A DNA stretch of 64,000 nt from Rubripirellula sp. Its GTDB lineage: Bacteria; Planctomycetota; Planctomycetia; Pirellulales; Pirellulaceae. Below are positions 21,001 through 26,900 of the stretch, piece by piece. Position 1 is the first letter of the stretch. The number at the start of each line of letters is the position of its first letter. The DNA lies in contig OZ244207.1 of NCBI GenBank assembly GCA_965216875.1, positions 8,160,001-8,224,000 on the forward strand, given 5' to 3'. The position numbers were made by a program, and so were the translations under genes. The notes below the pieces were generated by a model. The model was given only the letters and a program-made list of their open reading frames with translations, did not search any database and had not been told where the DNA came from.

Positions 21001-22882
21001 CCGTCAATCGGAAAGTCCCGGTCGCGCCGATGCCGGCGACCTCCAGCGAGGCATTCAAATCTTCTGCTAAGTCGCTCAGACTCTCGTTGGTCACATCTTG
21101 CGAGATGGAAACCCGTACCGGGTCGTCGTTCTCAAGGGTCACTACAAACGCCCCGTCCTCCTTCAATACGCCCTCGTGCACAATTTCGTTGCCTTGATTG
21201 TCGAGGGTGACCAGCTTAGGAACATCGATAGAAACTGATGCCGTTTCGTAAAGCGAGCGGGCCAGATCCGTCAGCGTGTCCGTGAAACGAATGACGTCAC
21301 TTGTCTTGACATTGACGTACGGGATCCCGCCCTCGGGGTCCAGTTCCGGCGCTACATCGTGGAGCGCAGTTCCCAAGTTCACAAAAAAGGTCGCGATCGT
21401 CTCCGGAGATAGGTCAGCGAAATCGGGAACAGCCCCAAGGTTCTTGGCCTGAATCTGCATCGCTGTTGTGTCGAATAGTGCCGTGTCCGGATTACTTGGC
21501 GGGTCTTCTTCCTGGACGACATCGACGATCGACAACGCGGCGTTCGCAAGCGTCAAAATCCCGCGCGCGTCATTGAGCGGCAGTTCAGCAGAGAAAGTTC
21601 CATCACCAGAGTCTGCTGCGTAATCAACCTTCAATAACGATTCATATCCTCCCGCATCAGCGAGTTGGCTGTACGTCAAGGTTGGTCCTTGAGCGTTAAC
21701 ATTGCCCAGGTCGCGGCGAATGATGGCAGTCGTTTCCAATTCGGCTCGACCACCTTTGACCTCCAACCCAAAGAATCCATAGTCGACTTCGAATCCGAGC
21801 GGACCAACGGCTGTCGCCTTATCGCCAAAGCCGAAGTTGGTTGCGATGACGTTTTCTGAGGGACGGTCCGCAATTTCGATCGAGACGATTCCGGTCTCCT
21901 CGGATCGCAATCGAAGTTTGCCATCAACGATCGATGCGTCGATTGCCTGGGGAGGCAAACCATTGGATGCCAGTGCGCCGCCCAGCGCAGATCGAATATC
22001 GTCGATGAGCAGACTCGAGGAACCACGCACGACTGGAACGTCGATGAGGGCCTCGCTGTTGTCGCCACCCCCTGGTTGATTCCACGTGACTTTCAAGCCC
22101 AACAACGTAGACTTGCCAACCTCGAATAGGTCTGGGTTAAGATCCTGTTCAGCAGTCAACGCAACCTGTTGAGATAGTCTTGCCGTCGTTTGCAATCCGA
22201 ATTGTTTGTCACGCAGTTCTGGATCCGCGTTTTCCGTATCGAGGTCGAATCGTATAAAGAAGTCGCTCTCGTCAACCGTTTCACCGGACAGATCAAGTCC
22301 GAAGGTGAATCGGAACTTCAAACCCAATTCAAGCGGGATCTTTCCTGCTCGCGCGTCGACTTCCAGTGGCAGCTCGTTGTGGTTCCGACTCAAGTCGATT
22401 CCGACGTCTTCGGTGCGGCTCGCTTCCACGAGCAGGCTGAATGTGATCTGCTCAGAATCAACCGATGTCGAAGGCGATTCGGTCTTGAATTGAACCTTTG
22501 CTGAACGATCCAGGCCGTCGAGCTGTGAGACGAGTTCATTGGGCGTCCGCTCCCCCGAATCCTTGTTTGCCTCGAGGAATTTGACCGTCGGCTTGGTCAG
22601 ATAAGTCGAGATGATGCCACCAACATCAAGTGACGCGCCGATCGACGTATCCAGAAATGGGAGGTTTTGACTGAGCGCACCAAAATCATCCATGCTTTCT
22701 GAGTAGGTCGCGAACTGCTGAAGCCCCTCGATAAGGGCATCTCGCTGGGGCGACGTGAACGGATTGTCAGCATTGAGCAGGTTTCGTTTCTCAAGCGACT
22801 CAATCATTATCCGGCGGCGGTTCCGCCTATTTTGTCGGCGTGCTTTGCGGCCAGTCACGCGAGAAGGGGCCTGTTTGGGCAT
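1..22882 (-). CDS. Giant secreted/surface adhesin-like protein (>=7,627 aa, 3' end outside window) with Planctomycete export motif, RTX Ca-binding repeats, FG-GAP repeats, ELWxxDGT-like repeats, PPC-like, F-type lectin and LamG domains
   Basis: ATG at 22882 gives MPKQAPSRVTGRKARRQNRRNRRRIMIESLEKRNLLNAD (Arg-rich leader plus LExRxLL). The same frame is still open at the window start (...EPLLAAYYHFDGPQDEQLRDATPNA). None of the minus-strand track ORFs in 1-22.9 kb lies in this frame, as expected if it contains no stop. Spot translations show GGxGxD repeats (~4.3-9.5 kb), GDLNGDGLADLV-type motifs and LRGVLDDLRIW (LamG). Confidence 0.93.
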   Translation of the reverse strand, partial: MPKQAPSRVTGRKARRQNRRNRRRIMIESLEKRNLLNADNPFTSPQRDALIEGLQQFATYSESMDDFGALSQNLPFLDTSIGASLDVGGIISTYLTKPTVKFLEANKDSGERTPNELVSQLDGLDRSAKVQFKTESPSTSVDSEQITFSLLVEASRTEDVGIDLSRNHNELPLEVDARAGKIPLELGLKFRFTFGLDLSGETVDESDFFIRFDLDTENADPELRDKQFGLQTTARLSQQVALTAEQDLNPDLFEVGKSTLLGLKVTWNQPGGGDNSEALIDVPVVRGSSSLLIDDIRSALGGALASNGLPPQAIDASIVDGKLRLRSEETGIVSIEIADRPSENVIATNFGFGDKATAVGPLGFEVDYGFFGLEVKGGRAELETTAIIRRDLGNVNAQGPTLTYSQLADAGGYESLLKVDYAADSGDGTFSAELPLNDARGILTLANAALSIVDVVQEEDPPSNPDTALFDTTAMQIQAKNLGAVPDFADLSPETIATFFVNLGTALHDVAPELDPEGGIPYVNVKTSDVIRFTDTLTDLARSLYETASVSIDVPKLVTLDNQGNEIVHEGVLKEDGAFVVTLENDDPVRVSISQDVTNESLSDLAEDLNASLEVAGIGATGTFRLTVTRNESNATTDAISVNATASQVQEAVESALIRLVGDAEGKDKIEVEGEPSGPFIVRFDESLGDMDTLQIVVDNPVIDATIITLDEGSSEQGEAQRISLSAPNWRVAAVVENSPSNAANLVLATTQPGEALTLAVTGLTLTAQSPPATQLSQTLLLNVQINDDAPVEVRLNESATADNLTIDALVDDVNQALANASLDAQLLAVANGALLEFSVIAPGVNSVTIAGAAPLGFDDGQETKNSAESLGIPIAGIESKAAFRAHNLQGLIDVVNEHAKVLSADSPFEAKVSYDDNLKTLFWNLKLGKEFAKEISLDFGTAFDIGDDEPLSVVGGADATFSAAAGIELKLGVELGELGAGFTLNGDTLLADLNAGRGVSTRIGMTGSMPASSDGKLNDNLALTLALNDERNIEVALSKADTEDNHDLDDLVRDLNKALLQPLRDAGFSSGISDEDGNESPAFEFSRTAVEVKHVQGEVRITLEEPLADPDSVVVFLDGQRLELGRDYNVVDGIAVVFDDTDGVTGKLRFEYASERLRLSAGQTLGDANKFVDAKPASGLDEHVLDQTNVDLESIDVKVGETQLRIGEDYKVDVNEQNQVKITFHQSGGINGDLRIEYELRRFRLNSLSISNASVLGFGDAQQSDRDDLLVTLRDGTHHRISLDGSTTVRDVMDKFDAIDGLKATINVEDKSLRIHDSSDPTPSGVFKIEPVGDGIDVSPVAAALGILATLDGTFKLTYEPGVAQIPRTTAGLSVNATAMDLRAELDSIVGAGNIESVVGDVGGPFTVTFASGLGNVRPLSANFSNSRIKATTVTETEGGTGINGVVSEVQVITLSTDRIDGTPLHGETRLDRFFIDASPGASAISAKSKVESDDIDLAAAISIFEIGLVDGELDFEVAAAINLSDPGVGAQNDGKIRLRELNRSSLRRLVTPEFTFRGSGTLPIESSLLDVLPASTAQPVIAFSLTESDTGSRSKVEFDASSFKEFTENLGNFSLADMVTVLRNLVDLLQDSDLTGLNSDVPILNKTPNEILDFTDSILKVADDILAGPDLPELRRATDLLEDAIHRLQAPEDVKSTLRSTMNELRSVIGVDLTPGENQTFRLKFTDESGSESRELTSSAIGIMASAAEVTTALQSKLGTFKLPDGSDANVVTSVTGADGGPFTITFHPQKDDLLPLSGLSSKGVEVTVKTQTHGDKTKGTSEVQIVTLASTTMKHSFAIGFAGQTDVISQDATAEEVQAALEAAIGPGKIKSVVRENANELITFTVTFQSNLGDVETIKTSSPNRLQVTVTTTTEGIPPSENDDDDTGTPEVQTLTFEPLSPERSFVIEIPASKTVSIPFNASVSDVRIALDEAFGTFTTSDQTERTVVESVTGDRGGPFEIIFDSDAPAMEALSGTSETGLDVIVRKESDRVQTVRLSTEKILTGISGSIGRMISPLIEKTTTDEATIEDVSEPFEVTLSGTPIKTDSQRLRNVQEMSLSAVAADSAKVRIFVDGTELTSGFEYVPEYTLQFADKQTGQLEIIYQVEGNPHTETTSDAKKLSELKLEQRPDDDATFTVTLDGEPLKLTDYRFVATQKVSFTDPQTGLIQAQYPTLDSAVLKLKQNGEAIEPGDVNVTADSEGVKVTFNAEKTGNLQIEYAVESGLPTGYAGMVSVYSAFDRLITSGGNLGDKLGCLFKAALGFEDDDPTFDLKLSYVDADDERPGFQPAVLVGVQFEKVISEDLPFDFAPPDLGPFTVGAAGDVTVIAGADLSFGFGFNFSDLTPYVLATDRFPTELELQLGADSDLEITAGILGISASLQGPVRLGQAERDVFRGNGGTDFTLSTVVDSVVSVTVDGRAVPANTYKITEGDKISFGDAPADEAVIHVNYLAASPKQVDVFAADGLKKKYTLSRIPATFETEDSDFAEVFVNGSKQNKSDYRILVASEGEVEAADLDHCPEPACLELESFPNAGDEILVRYAVPSETEQTIFGDGQRVTFFLDEVPSEIVSVTRDDEQVPRSEYELNGKTITFNKAPVAAHPVIVTYEPFASATLTVGIDRNLTPADNNTIGQEPLNAGVAIPFNQLRQQVTQITDRLSSVRTERHTIDGNASNQEITLTGIPADADLVEVFVKRRKLGFLRNTKLEPTRFVVEIGETSEPTTIAFAEPIGQDEVSIKFATQVQEFELSRIPTDESSVAVEINGIAQEQGVAFDIIAPSDESEKPWMIQFIGPAFSQPAGDIKVTYPAIAKIEAVVDTSSGNITQTKRGARVSTIILDRVPEGDVVVRHDLDGDGTAEEIEHVVEIIPEGESDAGKHRVKITQTDTNNQVVKINGKIEIEYSSLVQEVELSHVPAALAGLSDDDTPTTTPADHGVTIRVDGIERNTDVELVRYDEEDGEASWKITFPESKPTGKVSVEYDGVAKLVDKFDLDINAIATAELAIPAIPALPPLTVSVDVAHPSTLRIEHPFTTENLKDLFKFDLRSLIDGLNAMLDKIGEHIESKEGIGQLPVIDKNARIGDRTFVGDIRRDFVDPLDRLLASGSAATEELQLKIQQLIFNNLGPGIPEIQVVSQLGPTIEVDQRVPVGTRLRLDDEDVLVVAARQIGEARFELTLENSLVASHRLNPRVGRKDPLVLLEAVNAGSTEILVSQNVSVGTALRLADTETVRVIGVDDEGDQFRLSLSLPIQNAFTASTSVDERLQLYSSVEAGAKALQVNQSVTIPDGGELSLILDEGNPTEESIIVTGVDEQDGIFVLTLLAPLAKDHFFAPTISDPEGTSALELLYDIQQRPDSLEVDQEVSVGVELILDEGGESEETIRVTKVDQTPSGYKLSLAGGLSNDHAAPTVRIADAIRTQLDGAAVPAEQTIVVGPYADSTNVFNTGAIISINQDPEFFEVMGVEDLGNGLFELRLSEPLARGYAEGSTVTDGFATTLLFDPATPVVQTIDVEGDIPSGATIVIGTGEKLESLTVVSADGSTLSLERPLLHQHDDETSVIVRNGHDSSGNAGLNILSLDPLESLDVDGKQSLSFLDVPVNLDLNTLSLDALLHIDKTYSLAADFDVGLDALVFDIETSGGVEVDVSVEAFLGFGVSVEDGFYFQLLHDDPAVDDDGREIQLEVDARLAPGTELTVDLFGLKLNATNHQDKAGPYPIDTSIDSDAGGSGLAALLQEDDAFGVNTVDSTKEIDDGTGNGFLITLNKRLGDVPPLEVTFIRTDANNVVTETTTTATIVQEGNNDGFDQSQWTSEVQRVIFPPAEENVTYTYSLTLSKENTGVRAAAFVDIADLEADTESPGKLTFSEFRADGKSFRDFLSFGIEAQANVDLDLTANVNPSFPELTTRFVVGWGFCNTFDENDPTCELDLNNDGDTGDEGETLQSGEFSKPSVAFNDLTLDIGQFLTKVAKPVLDGVDKYIGPMKPLLEFLNQEVPGLSAIAKLAGEAPITNLQLGILASAGSDPAKLQKALRQSRRAQKVLDLLIKITEFSADIEDLGDSNLKIEFGDYPIGQDQDLSDANAKVTATSEDRVDFDAVLAQLGSKPDDDDATKEKKSKTRSALQKMKDGALSGGLGIKLPILSDPQSIIKLLTGQAVDADLVQWDIPRLELEVPFEQKFGPVVPAVPLFVTFGINLQTFLDLSIGFDTSGIASDNFADGFYFGDRQDVDEGDDVDEFGFGFEAFIGAELDLLIASAGVEGGIRGDIGFNWNDPDGDGKVYLDELERTFNLPTHPATSQGACVFDISGGLDAFLRLVYETPFFDGEVPIVEEEIFSFSHTCGAGLAHVTDGEDGFADGTLVLHAGQFAGQRQAGGSEDIAEDFLLEEIADGVIRVTAFEFEEVHSGVKQILFHGGEGDDKILLASDTTVPVSIPATLIGGPGADTLGGGIGNDTYVFGDDWGIDTIVERVDGGHDTLNFASATQAVNASVTNAGVTAQDAFGDLVLAGNVEGFVGGISSDTLHVSKESGDGTNQWSVDGLNRGRVDDFGFEFSGVENLLGSNQVDVFVLSNDAGVSSSIDGLGGFDTIHYAYASDNPVTVDRDNKAGTNVSRYRNIEQFIGGSSGDDLLIGESADAVWYLTGDDQGHVDDPATFRFEGFENLTGGNEADHFMLEPGSAISGLADGGSGSDTLDLTGLRESLTFVLDADNAGQVSSTRLLSTFTNMESLSGGAKDDAFRFENGVQLTGTLDGHGGGRDVVDYAPWTTGVTVNLQDGIRSNGHGIVNVEQLLGGLGNDVLTGNDSNNLLVGRHGNDELYGGAGNDILWGGMQLLSVDELDLDDRTNFVDPPNFAEAVHSQFGYFPNTPASFGGRSSDGTIGDGQDKLDGGNDDDFLFGGGDDDELNGGSGVDYVDGGVGNDVINGGAGDDLVRGGANDDEIHGGDGIDQVYGDAGRDMLYGDAGNAADGSLLGQRLWGGDGIDFLHAFAPSNDVADEQAEIGDELHGGSGGDWLYGNLRAEILVGNGGNDFLAGDWLAGPGYARNTRANLDGGADDLRGGSGEDQLFGGGGDDTLRGGADSDWLEGQNHNDQLIGGAGIDIMVLDVDPSYEPAANESFDGHGDELDEGPDDNATDIMLIEGTTDHDLIRLLKSDQSVDLLRAEYSSNAEGASGTEGTNGPTRAIEARWRDATGPLVEQFRVSGLLGNDTLEFVRGDKALDLSELVDRSNDFIGVLDGGPGNDTLIGSAGRDRLDGGRGSDTLYGLQGDDRLWGDSGRGLGSAGDLDVLFAGGGNDDLIGGQGRNELYAWSFHPQGTFATSLPHLADDPPTQFGVFFDPTTGQWSDHSDGTLELEDTGLNRMLGNDEDDLLFGGTRLDFLYGRGGNDTLFRADGTDLESVDGGLAGDEWKQYARETDKVWYVGGTNVDDVITVDFVTEPGLLTNHHLVTRLTNNDGNFSFAAQLQLDFDAIDRDGNPIWNSADIAFAIGLTGLESVAATGQLSEDAIFSLRIDDSETEVTIPFAEAADNTNVDDLLTDLVAALTAAGISDQVEARIDNGAISLLRIRDSNGNGGASTLEVTSANSVASDELHLEVGQTGVPRPVPVPELSRLLPVEDDFLAILIDGLDGNDQITVGPTVQKTVWIDAGAGDDRVEITGGNSILIDQAEYGSRNDSPAQAFVLPTLDPNESRLLSGLTLDSPDDVDWFQFEISTPLDNLITSSISPDDGLIAEVFELDGVTNVALAALDVGRPFLLRVQSDSIPTIYDITFNLTDGVAPKEVDLAQRVDLNRRDVILGGAGNDILSGGMGEDWIFGGPDNDVLTGGRDRQAPDLLFGEGGDDTFQLITDALPLLKNPDETFVPSFSDRFDGGFEDEIQGDRVLFLGGDFDRNGIPVPDFAALRYNRLLHRYEFTNLVWDINGQGFISADDAVPATLVASADLGDPNLGDDAMFLLSIDGGDEVPVTVRHKGGDGGTFDNRDIRDLVADMNAALDNAGLSGTVSAGFDGQRLTFQTIAAGASHTLTFSSPNEAAEQLGFGNGIDPQPLTVTGTDNVFEQQYLLYTTIDVERTVIDTRAGDDIFRGDSEYKFPGQSSEWGIDPGDFQQRALIAALDIRGGDGRDVLFGGALADTIDGGPDADLINGGQEDDLVYGGAGGDTLAGNETAVRAKGDGSGAEIGVDNARPFRAGDTIQVSAHTAIISAVDYRSNTLTLHNPIAWADQDEVRRKTPISNPGDRSALLPFTFDLAAPFIAPSTDSSREGINLSTITQAELDDSFASKVFALEGSDTNQQLGAMRSIGDFNGDGHNDFIARGQSHSYLLFGPLSLDRVDDILAHANIVIEHAALGLPANRLGDLNGDGLADLVFMKPSTPQDGVEVPLTEIRVVFGGVDNWPRQWGQSFLEGINIDRTLRLNDVQLNPSDPQVSVLNYYGDVSAEGLPHSDLLISSSSNDRTLLGSFQESVLTNPLGAYAQAGEQIFNFSDSSVHRLGDHSNIRIESADDNNGVDKFVGFTSLDGTLYFGAKVDGVMFEQPLWTVDPGSANARPLRGLTANALQASLNSLLDGSGTWQIDSAPLDVTGNGDSLYTILRVVGNAANGGRLDPYVLLEYQLTPGNVEHDGIPTALIDLGNNPDAIRMQNVGEGILLSGTELVENEHVTAFWLYTPSAGVNGVEKFISNSTDVPDDAVAIDGSVYFGFDDGNQTGKELYRLAPSHPSPQLVADIFPVEDFGSSPRDLTVANGVLYFTAVSSTQGRTLWSFDPVSEQLSEAPFVGNPSNLVAFRDELYFTAASQNAEFSVWRFDGSTATLVAEHVDPGLPMLTDQDILMVPRTQTSGWPGFWIYEPETFGYIVPGSLLSDTATPRRADHSTDISAIQRKTLSLESELSSRLSVSVPGDLNGDGLDEIGAVFGVGEAAIAQVTGTERMELVPGDTVAFNITLNGVSQNIQIAVKSESRFDFLTAVQGQLLTIHGGELAASSSSGKLRFSTTTLKGPAVTLQVADEPTGASVTGFRIPQLASGGVDLDRHAFAVFAGTTSEQVKTIEISQRQNKHLSIAEVQAFELGTNSNVALNGSASATSVWDGPFGLATASRAIDGNTDGNHVNGSVFHSGAAGVGETLTITLDNPTILSEIRIFGRTDCCLDRDDALTVTMRDANGNVVSDPIDFGLDETFVERIELPTHSVGAIIPTPLRDASDDFQIQVVGDLNNDGYAEIAWTDDTGLHVYQGGSTITTELNALLHVSTTTDRLSATSGDFNDDGETDLALTSWDAMATHLFWSVGTSDAVVHLTLAEADLIIPVAGLTTSGPESSAPGIDLNGDRIDDLIVNAPNATGGIDRIKQAAGRAYVIYGAPQRISLPPESQVTDLTNRTVTGSGDFLVDIGNGQPFVFRESNRKLALQFNSDGGFDDSLMLPSEVLDNREELTIEFSLGLAPGTDIHTIISGASGPLNNFSLVVQPDSDRPNARLLDPRFGSRDWTLPLTVIDGLPHHYALVRGESDEPMLYVDGVATELHSSQPSSNADPTFQIDEVVVGQQGSGLFPLRGVLDDLRIWHEARTEDQIRASVGQPPAGDEPLLAAYYHFDGPQDEQLRDATPNA

Positions 22883-23102
22883 ATCAAAACGCTGCAATGA
22901 GAGAGGTGCATTACGAGTGTTTCGCGGCGAAACGCCCGTCACGAAGTTACGCACGAAGCCGACAACAACAGGGAGGCGAATTTTTCAGAAAAGACGCCGC
23001 GAGACTGTCGTCTGGCTGTTTCTCAATCGACGAGCTAGGAAATGCCGAAACCAGCAATCCTCAGCTATGATTGTGCGGGGGACTCCCTTTGGCTTTGATT
23101 CG

Positions 23103-23699
23103 ATGCACGACGACAACAACTCCGATACGACTCAAATCTTGTTAGAGCTCTGTAATCGTCAACCCGATGCCGCCGAACGGTTGATGCCAGTGGTCTACGA
23201 CGAACTCAAGGGGTTGGCGGTTGCCGCGATGCGGCGCGAACGCCCCGATCACACACTTCAGCCAACCGCTCTGGTCAATGAGGCTTTTCTGAGACTGATT
23301 GATCAGGAAAGAGTCAAATGGCGCGGCCGAGCGCACTTCTGTGCCATCGCAGCCACCATGATGCGACGCATCCTGGTCAACCACGCTCGAAATCGCGTGG
23401 CCATGAAACGCGGTAACGGAATCAGCCGAATTCCGCTACACGATGAACTCGTTGCTGTCGACTCCGCCAGCGAAGTCGATGTGCTCGATTTTGATCAACT
23501 GCTAACTGAATTGGCCGAACTGAATCCGCGGCATGCCAATGTGATTGAGCTCCGGTTCTTTACCGGGCTAAGCATCGCCGAGACTGCAGAAGTGTTGGAC
23601 GTTTCCGAGTGGACGATCAAGAACGACTGGCGAGTGGCCCGAGTATGGTTGTTGATGAAACTGAACTCCGAGTCAAAAGCCGAGAATTTGCATCGATGA
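23103..23699 (+). CDS. ECF sigma-70 factor, kinase-associated ECF43/TIGR02999 type
   Basis: MHDDNNSDTTQILL...VYDELKGLA...HTLQPTALVNEAFLRL...MRRILVNHAR...ELRFFTGLSIAETAEVLDVSEWTIKNDW. Start moved from the track's 22755 to the ATG at 23103. Confidence 0.93.
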   Translation: MHDDNNSDTTQILLELCNRQPDAAERLMPVVYDELKGLAVAAMRRERPDHTLQPTALVNEAFLRLIDQERVKWRGRAHFCAIAATMMRRILVNHARNRVAMKRGNGISRIPLHDELVAVDSASEVDVLDFDQLLTELAELNPRHANVIELRFFTGLSIAETAEVLDVSEWTIKNDWRVARVWLLMKLNSESKAENLHR

Positions 23700-23907
23700 T
23701 CGCCAGATTCTCTCAATCTAGATGGGTTAGGAATCGGATTCGCTTGACACTTTCGCGACAATCAACGCGAGACACAAATTCTACCTCCCACTTTCGAACT
23801 CACTCGTGCGTTATGTGCGGTGGATAGCGTGCAACGTTCAGTCATGTCTCACAATTGCCAGCTTGCATTGACTGACGGCCGGGTAAACAAGCGAACGGGG
23901 GTGACGG

Positions 23908-26900
23908 ATGTCAACTGCTGATGCCGAATTCTATCGACGCGCTTCTGAGATCTTTTTGAAGGCATGCGACCTTGATCCGGATCAGCGTCAAGCATTGATG
24001 AGGCACGAATGTGCCGACGACCAGATGCTGGAGTATGTGCAGTCAATGATCGAGCAAGACGCACAATTGAGCAGCATCCCGACCGAGACAGTCCCGAGTA
24101 TCAAACAGGGCGACATCGCTACGGGGTGGGAAGGCGAGAATGACACGCTTGGCATCGAGCCGGCGGAGGCGTTTCACGCGAGTGCTACGTCAAGAAACGG
24201 AAGTTCGCTGGCCGACTACGACAACCTGAAGGAAATCGCCCATGGTGGGATGGGCGTCATTTACCGAGCCCATCAACGCAGCTTGAACCGGGACGTGGCG
24301 ATCAAGATGATCCGCGTCCGTTCTCATCTTTCGGCGTCGGATCTGGAGCGATTTCAGCTCGAAGCCGAGGCAACCGCCAAGCTCAATCACCCAAATATCG
24401 TTCCCATCTACGAAATCGGTGGACATGAAGGGCAGCCGTTCTTTTCAATGAAGTTGATTGAGGGTGGCAACCTTTCGAATTGGCTGAAGCAAGAACACGA
24501 TCTTCCATCCAAGGTATTGCTGCTGATCAAGACCGCCTTGGCGGTTCACTATGCCCATCAAAACGGTGTGCTTCATCGTGACATCAAGCCAGCAAACATT
24601 CTGATCGATTCCTCGGGTGAACCTCACATCAGTGACTTTGGATTAGCGAAACAACTGGATGGAGACGTCGAGCTTACCATCACCGGCCAAATCATGGGGA
24701 CGCCGGGGTATCTCTCCCCCGAACAAGCTCGCGGACAAAACTCGACGATTACCACCGCGTCGGACATCTATAGCCTTGGCGCAGTGCTCTACGAGATTTT
24801 GATCGGCCAACCGCCGTTCAAGTCAGATTCAATGATCGAAACGATCCGCAAGATCGTTGACGAAGCACCGCAGCGACCGTCGCAATTGAACCCAAGCGTC
24901 GACCTTGACCTGGAAACCATTTGCCTACGTTGCCTGGAGAAATCACCGACGGACCGGTACGCGTCGGCGGAAGCACTCGCATCCGAGTTGCAGCGATGGA
25001 TGCGAAATGAGCCGATCCTCTCGCGACCGATTACCGGCAGCGAACGCCTACTCAAATGGGCTCGCCGAAAACCCGCGCTCGCAACGCTCTCATCGGCAAT
25101 GTTACTTACCTTCGTTGTTGCTGGGTTTGCCGTCATCTGGAAATGGCGCGACGCCGAGTATCAGCGTGGGGAAGTTGTCATCCAACGGCAGCAAACCCGC
25201 AAGTACCTGTACATCGCGCACATGAACATCGTCCAGCAGGCCTGGGAAAACGGGATGGTGCACGAGGTACGACGTCTGCTTGATCGACACCTTCCGGTCG
25301 AAGATGAAGAAGACATCCGCACATTCGAATGGCATTTTTACGATCGGCTAAGCCGAGATGTGCTGAACCGAGCCAGCATGGACTATGGCGACATTGTCAC
25401 ATTCGTGGAAGCGTCGCCAAACGGTGATGAAATCGCAGCAACGGGCAACGACCACAGAATTCAGATATGGGACAAACAGTCCGCCAAACGCAAGTACACA
25501 CTGACGCCAGGACTTGGCCGAATCGAACGCCTGCACTATTCGCCCGATGGGAAAACCCTTGTCGGAGTTGGCCACCGGAGTTTTCGAGTTTGGAGAAAGT
25601 CCGGAGGCAAATTAAACGACGCGTTTACCGGTGCGACAGAGGATCGGTTTCTTACCAAGCTATCTCACGACGGCCGGTGGATTGCCGCCCCGATCAGGGG
25701 AAACAGCATTCAAATTTGGAACACTGCGGATCCCTCCGACACGCACATCGTTCCAGTCGGCGGCGGTGGCGTGATCGAGCTGCAATTCTTGCACGACAAC
25801 ATCCATTTCATTTCAGCGAGCCAGGACGGAGCGATCAAAATCTGGAACGTTGAATCCGCGACTGCCGTTGCCGAAATTCACGTCAGCGAGTTGCCGTCGA
25901 GTAAAGGAAATTTGAGGTCGCTTGCGATTTCAAGCAATGACAAGAGCATTGCGATTGCCGCTGATAACGCGATCAGCCTTTACCAACTCTCTCCTGATTT
26001 TGAGTGGACTTTGACCCGCGAGATTGGCCGACTCGCGAATACGATTGAGTCTCTCATACCTGTCGGCGATGGCGGGGTTTTCGCCGTGGTCGCCGGCGAA
26101 GCCACCACGCTTTGGGAATTCGAAACGGGAAAGCAATGCGGGACAATAGGCGATCCGACCCAATTTTCAGCTTGGTTCGATTCCTCGGCCAAGAGCAATC
26201 AATTTGCCACAATTGGCAGTGGCAATGCGGCGCATATCTGGGATCCCACGACGGGGAATTCGGTTGGAAAGATTCAAGGTCACAGTAACGCCGTCTACGC
26301 GATGGACTTTGTTGATGATGGATCCATCGTCACCGGAAGCCGGGACCATACGATCCGAGTCTCCAACGCGAACAGCGGAGAAATTGCTTCGACCTTCCGC
26401 GGCCATGAAGGCTGGATTTGGTCCGTCAACTATTCGATGGACGGGCAATTGATCGCATCGGGCAGCGTCGATGGAAAGGTAAAGGTTTGGGACCTGAGTT
26501 CTGGCACCGAATCATGGGAGGTAGAAGCAAGCTCTCGAAGCATTCAGTTCGTCATCTTTTCGCCTGACAATCGCACGCTCGCGGCAGCGGGGCGAGACAA
26601 GATCATTCGTTTGATTGACATCGAATCGCGAAACGTGATCGGCTCACTTGAGGATCACCATGCAGATGTCAACTCGCTTAGTTTTTCTTCCGACGGTCGC
26701 TACCTTGCCTCGGGAAGCAATGATCGATCCGTGATCGTCTGGGACGTCGCCAACCAGTCGGTCAAACATCGACTTGACGATTGTGGCGGAGACGTTTGGG
26801 CCGTCGCTTTCGCGCCGGACGATCAAAGCATCGCTTTCGGCGGTCGCAATAAGCAGATTCAAATTTGGGATCTTTCGAAAGTCGAATCGGTGCCTGATGC

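Noticed and set aside
88..22803. Dozens of 60-420 aa track ORFs in the first 23 kb
   Set aside because: They are antisense or out-of-frame shadows of the single giant minus-strand gene and have no recognisable motifs.
22755..23102. N-terminal 116-aa extension of the ECF ORF in the track
   Set aside because: It overlaps the start of the divergent giant gene; family similarity begins near ATG 23103.
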